The notes under the pieces were generated by a model. It was not told the origin of the DNA and searched no databases. It saw only the letters and a program-made list of their open reading frames with translations. Below are positions 8,985-19,400 of a stretch of 64,000 nt of DNA, piece by piece. The stretch lies in contig DBYO01000036.1 in the NCBI GenBank assembly GCA_002310235.1, forward strand, positions 54,226-118,225, given 5' to 3'. The position numbers and the translations under genes are program-made. The stretch is from Bacteroidales bacterium UBA1184 (GTDB lineage Bacteria > Bacteroidota > Bacteroidia > Bacteroidales > ML635J-15). How positions within the stretch are numbered: the stretch's first letter is position 1; every line of letters starts with the position of its first letter.

Positions 8985-11954
8985 ATGAGAAAGATAGTAG
9001 CCATATTGATATTTATTGCCGCATTTTCGTGCATAGGAATGACGGTTGCCATGAGCGAGGTCGAGCGAACCGATTTTGTTCCAACCGAAGAGCCATGGTT
9101 TTGGAATATGGACATTTCGTGGGTTGATTCCACTTTGCAGAAAATGACTCTAGATGAGAAGATTGCTCAGCTGATAATGATACCGGTATATTCCAATAAA
9201 TCGGCATCGTACAATTCCGAAGTTGTAAAACTTGTCGAGGAATACCAACTTGGCGGCGTTATATTCATGCAGGGAGGTCCTGGTCGTCAGATAAATCTTG
9301 TAAACCGTCTGCAAAAAGTTAGCAAGGTCCCGCTGCTTGTTGGTATGGATGCCGAGTGGTCGTTAAGCATGCGTCTCGACAGCGTGGTGATGTATCCGCG
9401 ACAGATGCTTGTGGGTGCAATTACCAACAATGCGCTGGTATATGACATGGGCGCCGAATATGCACGTCAGCTAAAGCGAGTAGGAGCCAACGTAAACTTT
9501 GCACCGGTTTTAGATGTAAACGTAAATCCTGCAAATCCGGTTATAAACGACCGTTCATTTGGCGAAAACAAGTACAATGTTGCCGAAAAAGGCTGGATGT
9601 ATGCCAAGGGAATGCAAGATAATGGTGTGTTGGCTGTTGGTAAGCATTTCCCAGGTCACGGCGATACCAATGTCGATTCACACAAGGCTATGCCTGTTAT
9701 CACGCACGACCGCGACAGGCTCGATTCTATAGAATTATATCCTTTCCGCTATTTGTCGGAGAAAGGTGTTGGCGGTATGATGGTTTCTCACCTTTTCATA
9801 CCTTCAATCGATCCCACCGAAAATCTTCCTGCAACGCTATCGCCAAAGGCAATAAAAGAGGTGTTGCGAAAAGATGTAAACTTCCACGGAATGGTGTTCT
9901 CCGATGCAATGAACATGGGTGGTATAGTGAACTATTTTAAGGGTAACGAAGCCGACGTGATGGCTTTGCTAGCTGGCAACGACATGATTATGTTCCCAAC
10001 CGATGTGAAGGATGTTATTGAAAAGTTGAAGTCGGCAATCGACGAGGGCAAAATTTCGGAACGCGATATTGATGAAGCTTGTAACCGCGTGTTGCTTACC
10101 AAGTTGCGCCTTGGGCTTAACAAAGGTTATGAGCCTATTTCTTCGAAAAATGTGCATTCTGACCTTAACGATGTACAAGCTCGCCTTATGCAGCAGCATC
10201 TGATTGAAAATGCTCTGACTCTTGCAAAAAATCAGGATTCGCTGGTACCTTTGCAAAGGCTTGATTCTGTTAAAATAGCTTCAATATCTTTCGAGAGCAC
10301 CGAGCCGACCTTTTTCCAGAAAAGATTGCGTTATTATGCTGATGTAAAGAACTTTGTGTTTTCCAAGGATTTTAAAGGATTGACAGCAGAGCAGCGTAAG
10401 AAAAAACTGGCGGCATACGATATCGTCATAGTGAGTGTACATAGCAATAATCAGCGCTCGGTAGCTAAGAAATTCGGAATTTCGCAGGCGACAATGGATG
10501 CTGTTGACGAAATTCTTGCAAATTGCGAAAATGTGGTCTTCGACCTATTTGCTAACCCCTACGGACTAGCATATTTTAAGAACATCGACAAGGCAAAATC
10601 AATAATTGTTTCGTACAACGATTGGGAGATAACAAACGATTTTTCGGCTCAGCTTGTATTTGGTGGAATCCCTGCATGCGGAGTGTTGCCTGTTTCACCT
10701 ACCGAGAATATAAAAGAGGGCATGGGCGAGCAGACACAGAAAATACGTCTTAAATATTCAAAAATTCCTGAGGATGCAGGTGTAAGTTCCGAAGTAATCC
10801 ATAAGGTTGATTCAATTTTCAAGAGCGGTATTCATACCAAGGCATATCCGGGCGGACAAGTTGTACTTGTGCGAAATGGAATCGTAATATACCAAAAATC
10901 AATGGGATACCACACTTACGATGAAGATATAAAGGTTGATGACTTCGATGTTTACGACCTTGCTTCTCTCACCAAGGTAATTGCCACAACTTCCGACATC
11001 ATAATGCTTTACGATGAAGGTAAGTTCAAGATTACTGATAAGGTTTCCGACTATTACGATGTGTGGAAAAATTCCAACAAGTCGCACCTTACATTTTGGC
11101 AGGTGCTTACGCACAGGGCTGGATTAAGGTCGTGGATTCCGTTCTACAAGAAGACCATGGACGAGGAAATGTATCCTAAGATTTACAGCGATACCAAGTC
11201 GGATAAATATTCCATTCAAGTTGCCGACGACCTCTATATGGCAAAGTCGTACAAGGACGAAATGTTCCGTCTCATACGCGAGTCGGCGTTGGAAAACAAG
11301 GGCAAGTACGTTTATTCCGACCTCGGCTTCATTGTTATGCCATACGTCATCAAGGAAATTTCAGGAGAAGATTATGTTGATTATACATATAGAAATGTTT
11401 TCAAACCATTAGGAGCATACTCGCTGTGTTTCAATCCGTTGGACAGATACAAGCTGGAACAGATAGTTCCTACAGAGGATGACAATTATTTCCGTATGCA
11501 ACAGCTTCACGGCCATGTTCACGACCAGGCGGCGGCAATGCTTGGCGGAGTGTCGGGACATGCTGGTCTGTTTGGCAATGCCAACGACCTTGCCAAGATA
11601 ATGGAAATCTATCTCGAAAATGGTAAGTACGGTGGCGTTCAATATTTTTCAGATACAGCCGTACAACGTTTTACCGAATATTATTATGAACCGACATTCT
11701 GCCGTCGTGCCTTGTGCTGGGACAAGCCTGTGCCCGATCGCTCGAAGGGAAACGGGAGCAAAAGTTCGTCGGACAAGTCGTTTGGTCATACAGGATACAC
11801 AGGCACCTTGGTATGGGCCGATCCCGAATACAATATGGCTGTAGTTGTTCTTACAAATCGTGTTTATACAAGTTCCGAAAACACGAAAATTATGAAGCAG
11901 AACATACGTACCAATATCGAGGAGGCTTTATATAATTCAATAATAAAGAATTAG
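8985..11954 (+). CDS. nagZ: GH3 beta-N-acetylglucosaminidase (NagZ-type) fused to a beta-lactamase-like serine hydrolase
   Basis: KHFPGHGDT..DSH (NagZ His/Asp dyad), FSDAMNM nucleophile region; C-terminal SxxK (ASLTK), YSD and GHTG motifs. Confidence 0.88.
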   Translation: MRKIVAILIFIAAFSCIGMTVAMSEVERTDFVPTEEPWFWNMDISWVDSTLQKMTLDEKIAQLIMIPVYSNKSASYNSEVVKLVEEYQLGGVIFMQGGPGRQINLVNRLQKVSKVPLLVGMDAEWSLSMRLDSVVMYPRQMLVGAITNNALVYDMGAEYARQLKRVGANVNFAPVLDVNVNPANPVINDRSFGENKYNVAEKGWMYAKGMQDNGVLAVGKHFPGHGDTNVDSHKAMPVITHDRDRLDSIELYPFRYLSEKGVGGMMVSHLFIPSIDPTENLPATLSPKAIKEVLRKDVNFHGMVFSDAMNMGGIVNYFKGNEADVMALLAGNDMIMFPTDVKDVIEKLKSAIDEGKISERDIDEACNRVLLTKLRLGLNKGYEPISSKNVHSDLNDVQARLMQQHLIENALTLAKNQDSLVPLQRLDSVKIASISFESTEPTFFQKRLRYYADVKNFVFSKDFKGLTAEQRKKKLAAYDIVIVSVHSNNQRSVAKKFGISQATMDAVDEILANCENVVFDLFANPYGLAYFKNIDKAKSIIVSYNDWEITNDFSAQLVFGGIPACGVLPVSPTENIKEGMGEQTQKIRLKYSKIPEDAGVSSEVIHKVDSIFKSGIHTKAYPGGQVVLVRNGIVIYQKSMGYHTYDEDIKVDDFDVYDLASLTKVIATTSDIIMLYDEGKFKITDKVSDYYDVWKNSNKSHLTFWQVLTHRAGLRSWIPFYKKTMDEEMYPKIYSDTKSDKYSIQVADDLYMAKSYKDEMFRLIRESALENKGKYVYSDLGFIVMPYVIKEISGEDYVDYTYRNVFKPLGAYSLCFNPLDRYKLEQIVPTEDDNYFRMQQLHGHVHDQAAAMLGGVSGHAGLFGNANDLAKIMEIYLENGKYGGVQYFSDTAVQRFTEYYYEPTFCRRALCWDKPVPDRSKGNGSKSSSDKSFGHTGYTGTLVWADPEYNMAVVVLTNRVYTSSENTKIMKQNIRTNIEEALYNSIIKN

Positions 11955-11956
11955 TA

Positions 11957-12517
11957 ATGAAGAAGATACTGCTGTCCATATTGCTATCGTTGTTTACAAT
12001 GGTACTTAGTGCGCAGTATCTCGAGAAGGAGCCACCGCCATCGCCGGTGCAACGTATATTTTGGGGTGGTAACCTCGACATGGGTTTCGGTACGGTGACA
12101 CAGATTTCGCTAAGCCCCGAGGTCGGTTATAGGATAACAAACAGGCTTTCGGCAGGCGTTGGCATCGACTATATGTTTGTCTATTCTGAGTATTACAATT
12201 TTAAGGGAAGTATTTTTGGTGGCTCGGTGTTTGCCAGTTTCACAGTGATAAAAAGCCTTGGAGAACTTATACCGTTTATTGGTACTGACATGGGCATACT
12301 CATTTACGGGCAATTTTCATACACCAACATGGGCAAGTTCTATACGGCGCTTTCGGGCGAAGAACCTATGTGGATTGCCTCGCCAATGCTCGGACTGGGC
12401 TTTCAGGTCCCCATAGGACAGCGGTCGTACATGGTGCTGTCGGTGATGTACAATTTCGATGAGTCGATGTACTCAATCTATTCCAATCCGGTTGTAAAAG
12501 TAAGCTATCAGTTCTAA
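11957..12517 (+). CDS. Hypothetical outer-membrane beta-barrel protein
   Basis: Signal peptide, alternating hydrophobic strands (FWGGNLDMGFG, LSPEVGYR), C-terminal SYQF. Confidence 0.7.
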   Translation: MKKILLSILLSLFTMVLSAQYLEKEPPPSPVQRIFWGGNLDMGFGTVTQISLSPEVGYRITNRLSAGVGIDYMFVYSEYYNFKGSIFGGSVFASFTVIKSLGELIPFIGTDMGILIYGQFSYTNMGKFYTALSGEEPMWIASPMLGLGFQVPIGQRSYMVLSVMYNFDESMYSIYSNPVVKVSYQF

Positions 12518-12542
12518 AAAGGTTTTGCCTTTTTAGAACTGA

Positions 12543-12734
12543 GTTTCAATGCCTTCGGCGTTTCTAAGTTTCATGTTTTAATGGCTGCCGCCATTTCATG
12601 TTTCACGTTTCTGTGAGTAATGTTTCGCAGTTTGATGTTTTTTATTATTAAGTTTATGATGTTTTGGAAATTGGAACAATTTCAAACCACCTAGAAACTT
12701 GAAACTAGAAACCAGAAATTTTGAAACCAGAAAC
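12543..12734. repeat. Gene-less inverted heptamer-array element (GTTTC arrays facing GAAAC arrays)
   Basis: Left gtttcaa/gtttcta/gtttcat/gtttcac units with gccttcggc and ggctgccgcc spacers; right tagaaac/ttgaaac/tagaaac/cagaaac units. Confidence 0.65.
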
Positions 12735-12773
12735 ATATCAATTTTATCCATTGCCAGTTCTCGGAGAAAATAT

Positions 12774-12781
12774 TAATTTTG
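12774..12781 (+). promoter_or_regulatory. -7 promoter element of the ruvA-sprA operon
   Basis: TAATTTTG with TTG at 12751-12753, 20 nt upstream (-33/-7 spacing). Confidence 0.65.
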
Positions 12782-12806
12782 CGCCTTAATTTATTTTAGG
12801 ATAACT

Positions 12807-13394
12807 ATGTACGAATACGTAAAAGGTCTTGTCGTAGAACTTAATCCAGCTTACGCAGTGGTTGAAGTTGGCGGCATAGGCTATTTTGTGAATATAAGCC
12901 TCACTTCCTATTCTTCCATGATACAGGGAGAGCAGACACAATTATATCTACATCAAGTTGTTAGAGAAGACGCTCATTTGCTATTCGGGTTTGTTACAAA
13001 AGTGGAGCGCGAGCTTTTCCGTCAATTGATTACAGTTAACGGAGTGGGTCCGAATACAGCTCGTCTGATATTGTCGTCGCTCACGCCTCAGGAGTTGACA
13101 AATGCAATACTTAGCGAAAATCTTGTCAAGCTGAAGAGCGTAAAAGGTATAGGTGCAAAGACAGCCCAGCGTATCATTATAGACTTAAAGGATAAGATAA
13201 ATTTGTCGGGAGAGTACGATACAGCAGAAATTTTTGCTGCTTCGGACAATACAATCAAAAAAGATGCGTTATTAACATTGAATACCCTTGGCTTCTCGAA
13301 GGCTGCGGTGGAAAGAGTGCTTGATAAAGTGTTGAAAGAAAAGCCGGATGCTTCTCTCGAAACAGTTATCAAGTTGGCGTTGAATTATTTGTAG
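12807..13394 (+). CDS. ruvA: Holliday junction branch migration protein RuvA
   Basis: VREDAHLLFGF, LITVNGVGPNTA, VKGIGAKTAQRII helix-hairpin-helix motifs. Confidence 0.97.
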   Translation: MYEYVKGLVVELNPAYAVVEVGGIGYFVNISLTSYSSMIQGEQTQLYLHQVVREDAHLLFGFVTKVERELFRQLITVNGVGPNTARLILSSLTPQELTNAILSENLVKLKSVKGIGAKTAQRIIIDLKDKINLSGEYDTAEIFAASDNTIKKDALLTLNTLGFSKAAVERVLDKVLKEKPDASLETVIKLALNYL

Positions 13395-13403
13395 AAAAGA
13401 ACA

Positions 13404-16400
13404 TTGTTCGGTAGAATATTAAAATATACTTTGGTGGGTGGACTTATGGCTGCGATGTTAATCGTGGCCTTTGTGCCGTCTAATGCAAGAAACGGTGGCG
13501 GTCGCTATCGTTCGTTGCAGGCATTGTCCGAAGTGCCTGGTCCCGACGACGATACCACCAAGACCGAAGGTAGCAATGCAAAGTTCCCTTTGCCTAAAGA
13601 AAATGTCAACCCATCAGACAACACCGACAACAGCCCTCTTTATGGTTCCGATCCGGCAAGCGTAAGCACATCGGTCGAATATGATCCCGAAACCGACAGT
13701 TACAACTTCCAGAAAAATGTCGATGGTATGCCAATAGGTACGCCATACAATATGCCGTTCGACGACTATGTAAACTACAACTTCGAAAAGGCTATGAACT
13801 CATACTGGCAACAGCGCGCTAGAAAAAATCGCGAGTTGAATCAGGAGATGAACAGCAACCTTATTCCAAAGCTCGAAGTAGGTGGAGAAATTTTCGACCG
13901 TATATTCGGCGGCAATGTCATTGACATAAAGCCGCAAGGTTCGGCAGAACTTACACTCGGACTCGAATACAGCAGAACCGATAATCCGGCACTCGACGCC
14001 AAGCAACAACGCCAGATAAATCTCGATTTCGACGAGAAGATCCAGATGAACGTTGTAGGTCAGGTAGGAACGAAGATGAAAGTTAATATTTCATACGATA
14101 CCGAAGCCTCGTTCGATTTCGAAAACAATGTGAAAATAGAATATACTGGCGACGATGATGAGATTATACAGAAGATAGAAGCTGGTAATGTGTCGTTGCC
14201 ACTAACTGGTACCCTCATTCAGGGAAGCCAGAGCCTTTTTGGTGTTAAGACAGAACTGAAGTTCGGAAAGCTTACCCTTACTGGTTTGCTATCGCAAAAG
14301 AAAAGTGAAACATCAACCATAAATGTTGAAGGTGGAAGCACAACCAAAGATTTTGAAATAAAGGCCGACAACTACGAAGAGAACAAGCACTTCTTCTTGT
14401 CGCACTACTTCAAAGAGAATTACGACCGCTCTATGGCCAACCTGCCTGTAATTACGAGCGGAGTCACAATAAACCGTGTGGAAGTTTGGGTTACCAACAA
14501 GACAGGAAACTATACCGATGCCCGTAATATTATCGCACTTGTTGACCTTGGCGAATCAAACAGCAACGACATACAGTCGATGTATGTAGGCAATTCGTTT
14601 ACTAACTTTACCACTTACCCACCAGCCAACAATATCAATATTCTTGGAAATTTAGCCGAGGATTATCCCGATATCAGGGACATAAACATGGTTAGCAGTG
14701 TATTGCAAAATCTTCAAATGTCGGGTGGTACCGATTTTGAAAAGATAGAGTCGGCGCGCTTGTTGAGTTCTTCTGAATATACCTTGAACTCGCAGTTGGG
14801 TTACATATCGCTCAACAATAAGCTTAATGCCGATCAGGTGCTGGCAGTAGCCTACGAATATACTGTTGGCGGTGAGGTTTATACTGTCGGTGAATTCTCC
14901 AATTCGGCAATAGCAGCTCCGCAGACTTTGGTGGTAAAACTTCTGAAGAGTTCGTCGTTTACGCCGAGTAAGAAGAACTGGGACCTCATGATGAAAAACA
15001 TGTATAACATCGGAGCATACCAGCTTACGAGAGACGATTTTAAACTCGACATTCTTTTCACCAACGATAAGACGGGTACCGATCTCACATACATTCCGGC
15101 AGGAGAAATCGATAGTGTGCAATTGCTGCAAGTATTGGGCCTTGATAACCTGAATAGTCAGAACGACCCTTATCCAGATGGAATGTTCGACTACGTTGAG
15201 AATTTTACAATAAGCTCGTCTGGTGGACGAATTATTTTCCCTGTGCGTGAGCCTTTCGGTTCGTATTTGTATGATAAGATTACGGGAGGAAATAGTGCCC
15301 TTGCCAATGTAGCCAACGACTATGTTTTCACTGAGCTATACGATAGTACCAAGAGCAAAGCCCAGCAACTTGCAGAAAAGAACAAATTTAAGTTGAAGGG
15401 AAAATACAAATCGACAAGCAGCAGCGAAATTTCACTGAACGCAATCAATGTGCCGCAGGGTAGTGTATCTGTTACTGCCGGTTCTACATTGTTGGTTGAA
15501 AATGTCGATTATACTGTGGATTATAACCTCGGTAGGGTTAAGATATTGAATCAAGGCATCTTGGAAGCGGGAACACCAATCTCAATCAACCTTGAGAGCA
15601 ATTCGGTGGGAACCATGCAGACAAAAGTGCTTACTGGTTTGCATGCAAACTACGACTTTTCCAATAACTTCAATATAGGAGCAACAATATTGCATCTGAA
15701 GGAAAAGCCGATGACACCAAAGGTTAATATCGGAGAAGAACCTTTGTCGAACACTATTTGGGGAGCAAATCTTTCGTATAGAACAGATTTTCCTTTCCTT
15801 ACCAAGGCTATCGATTTTCTGCCGTTGATTCAGACAAAGGAAATGTCAACTATAACCTTCAATGCTGAGTTTGCACAGCTCATACCAGGTCACTCAAAGG
15901 CAATTGGCAAGGAAGGTGCTGCATACATTGACGATTTCGAAAGTTCGAAGATAACGAACGATGTGAAAAGCTATGTAAGTTGGTCACTTGCAAGTACTCC
16001 TACCGATTCGTTGTTGTTCCCCGAAAGTTCGCTGATAAACAATCTGAACTATGGTAAGAACAGAGGTTTGCTGTCATGGTTTGTGGTTGACCAGACTCTT
16101 CATGAGAGTAGTTCTCCGATAAGCATTGAAGACAGGTCGAGTCATTATACACGACTTGTTTACGAAAAGGAACTTTTCCCCAATCGCGACAGCGAGACCT
16201 CGAATATCCCAAAGAACTTGGCACCACTCAATGTGGTGTTCTATCCTAACGAAAAAGGTCCTTATAACTACGATGTAGAGGGTATGAATGCGTTGGGACA
16301 TCTCGAGAATCCGCGCAAGCGTTGGGCTGGTATCCAGCGACAGCTTACAACAACTGACTTTGAGGATGCAAACATCGAGTACATTGAGTTTTGGATGATG

Positions 16401-19400
16401 GATCCGTTTGTGGAGGATTCAGCAAATCCTGGCGGTGATTTGTATTTCAACCTTGGTGATGTAAGTGAAGATATTCTTAAGGATGGTCGTAAGTCGTTTG
16501 AGCAAGGATTGCCTGCTCCATCGCTTACCAATCCGGTAGATACCACCGTTTGGGGTATTGTTCCAAGCACACAGGCTCTCGTAAGCGCATTCGACAACTC
16601 AGCCGAGATACGTTTTGCTCAAGATGTCGGTTTCGATGGTTTGAATTCCGAAAACGAGCAGACTTTCTTCAGCGAATACCTTGAGCAGGTGAAAACTATG
16701 TTTGGTGAAAATTCGGAGGCATACCAGATGGCTCTTGCCGACCCGTCTTCCGATAATTTCCACCATTACAAGGGTACCGACTACGACCAGCTCGGACTAA
16801 ATATACTTCAGAGATATAAGCATTTCAACGGACTCGAAGGAAACTCAATTCCTCGCGAATACCAGACAGAATCTTACATAACAAACTCGACGACTGTTCC
16901 CGATGTGGAGGATATAAATCGAGACAATACCTTGAGCGAGTCGGAGAACTTCTTCCAATACCGTGTAAGTATTCGTCCGCAGGATCTCGTTGTTGGTCAG
17001 AACTATATTGCCGACAAGACTACTGTTTCAGTAACTCTTGCCAACGATGAAGTTTCGAAGGTTACTTGGTATCAGTTCAAAATTCCTATTTCCGAATATA
17101 CAAGGAAAATAGGTTCAATATCCGATTTCAAGTCGATACGTTTCATGAGAATGTTCATGACAAACTTCGACACAACAACATGTCTTCGTTTTGGAACATT
17201 AGACCTTGTTCGTGGTGAATGGCGCAAATACGACGATTCTTTCATGCAGCCAGGCGAATATATAGTCGAAGAACTTGAAAATACATCGTTCGATGTGTCG
17301 GCGGTGAACATAGAGGAAAATGCAAGTCGTACTCCTGTAAACTATGTGTTGCCTCCAGGTGTCACTCGCGAGCAGAATACCATGAATCCACAGTTCCAGC
17401 AGCTCAACGAGCAGGCAATGACTATTAAAGTCATCGACTTAGCCGACGGAGATGCAAGGGCAGTTTACAAGAATGTGTATCTTGATGTAAGGAAATACTT
17501 GAAAATGCAGATGTTTGTCCATGTGGAATCGCTTGTGGACAAGCCCGAAATAAAGGACGGTGATGTAAGCATTTTCGTAAGGCTTGGAACCGACTACAAG
17601 AACAACTATTACGAGTACGAAGTACCGCTGAAGGTAACGCCTCCAGGCTATTATTCTGGCGACAACGAAGAATCTCCCGACAGGTATATTGTTTGGCCGG
17701 AGGAGAACGATATCAACATATTGTTTGAAGACCTTACTAAGGTCAAGGAAAACCGTAACGAGTTGATTCGTCTTGGTGATCAAAACGTTGGTCTTACCAA
17801 ATTGTATTATGAGATGAATGAGCGCGGTCGCATAAGCATTATGGGTAATCCAAACCTGTCGAACGTACAGACGATTATGATAGGAGTACGCAATCCGAAG
17901 CAGGTAACGCTAAATGGAGCCGACGACGGACAACCAAAGAGTGCCGAAGTTTGGGTAAACGAACTCAGGCTTACCAATTTCAACGAAAAGGGAGGTTGGG
18001 CAGCTACAGCAAGAGCAACGGCTAAACTTGCCGACTTTGGTACAGTTACTCTTTCGGGAACGACCAAGAAACCTGGATTTGGAGCTTTGAACTCAACAAT
18101 AAAGGAACGTCTTACCGAGGAGATAAACCAGTACGACTTCTCATCGAGTTTCGAATTTGGAAAATTCTTCCCAGAGAGATTCAATGTAAGGATTCCTTTG
18201 TATGTCGCTGTTTCGGAGAATGTGTCGAATCCAGAGTACGACCCGTTGAGCCCCGATGTGCTTATGAAGAACACGCTTAAGAATCCCGATATTTCCAAGG
18301 AATACAAGGATAGCATTAAGCATTTGTCGCAGGATTATGTAAAGCGTACTAGCGTTAACCTTACCAATGTGAAAGTGGGAGGTAAGCAGGGACAGAAACC
18401 GCATATTTATAATTTGTCGAACTGGTCGTTGAGTTATGGTTACAACAATGTTTTCCAACGCGATCCAAATACAGTTTTCCGTACTACGGTTACACATTCG
18501 GCTTCTATATTCTACAACTACAATGCAACGCCAAAGATTGTGGAGCCGTTTAAGAACGTGAAGCTGTTCAAGAAAAAGGCTTTCAAGATATTGCACGATG
18601 CCAATTTCTACTATCTGCCGTCGCAGTTGTCGTTCCGTACAAACCTAAACCGTCAGTACGGTGAAACACAGATACGAAATGTTTACGACCCGTCGTACGC
18701 TCTGCCTATAAGCGTTATCAAGGACTTCACTTTGATTCGCCAGTACGACTTCAAGTACAATATCACAAAAGCTCTCAAGTTCGAATACACAGCAACCAAC
18801 AATGCCCGTATCGACGAGCCCGAAGGCCGACTTTACAAGGGCGATGCCGACTATGAACAAAAGATGGATTCTATCTGGAAGAATTTCAAGAAACTGGGTA
18901 GAAATACAAGTTTCTATCAACAGTGGAGCTTGTCATATACATTGCCAATCAACAAAATACCTATTTTCGACTGGATTTCGGCAAGCGTAAGGTATCAGGG
19001 TTCGTACAACTGGACTGCAGGAGCCATAACCGCCGACACGCTTAACATTGGTAATACCGTACAGAATGCAAACACCATGTCGGCAAGTACTCAGTTCAAT
19101 CTTTTGAACTTGTACAATAAAGTAAAGTACCTGAAGGAAGTAAATAACAAATACCGTGGACGTGCTTCGAACAAGAAAAAAGAAGTCGAAACTGTTACTT
19201 TCGAAGAAAATGTCGGAAAACTTACAGCAGGAAAGAAAAAGACTATAAACCACAAGCTTAAGACAAAGACCGTATCGATAAAAGTTACCGACGACAGGGG
19301 ACGTCCCGTGAAATCGGAAATAGAGGTAATAGACGAAAACAAGCTTTCGTTTACAGTGGAAAAGGATGTAGAGGGAGCAAAGGTTGTTGTAACAGGCAAA

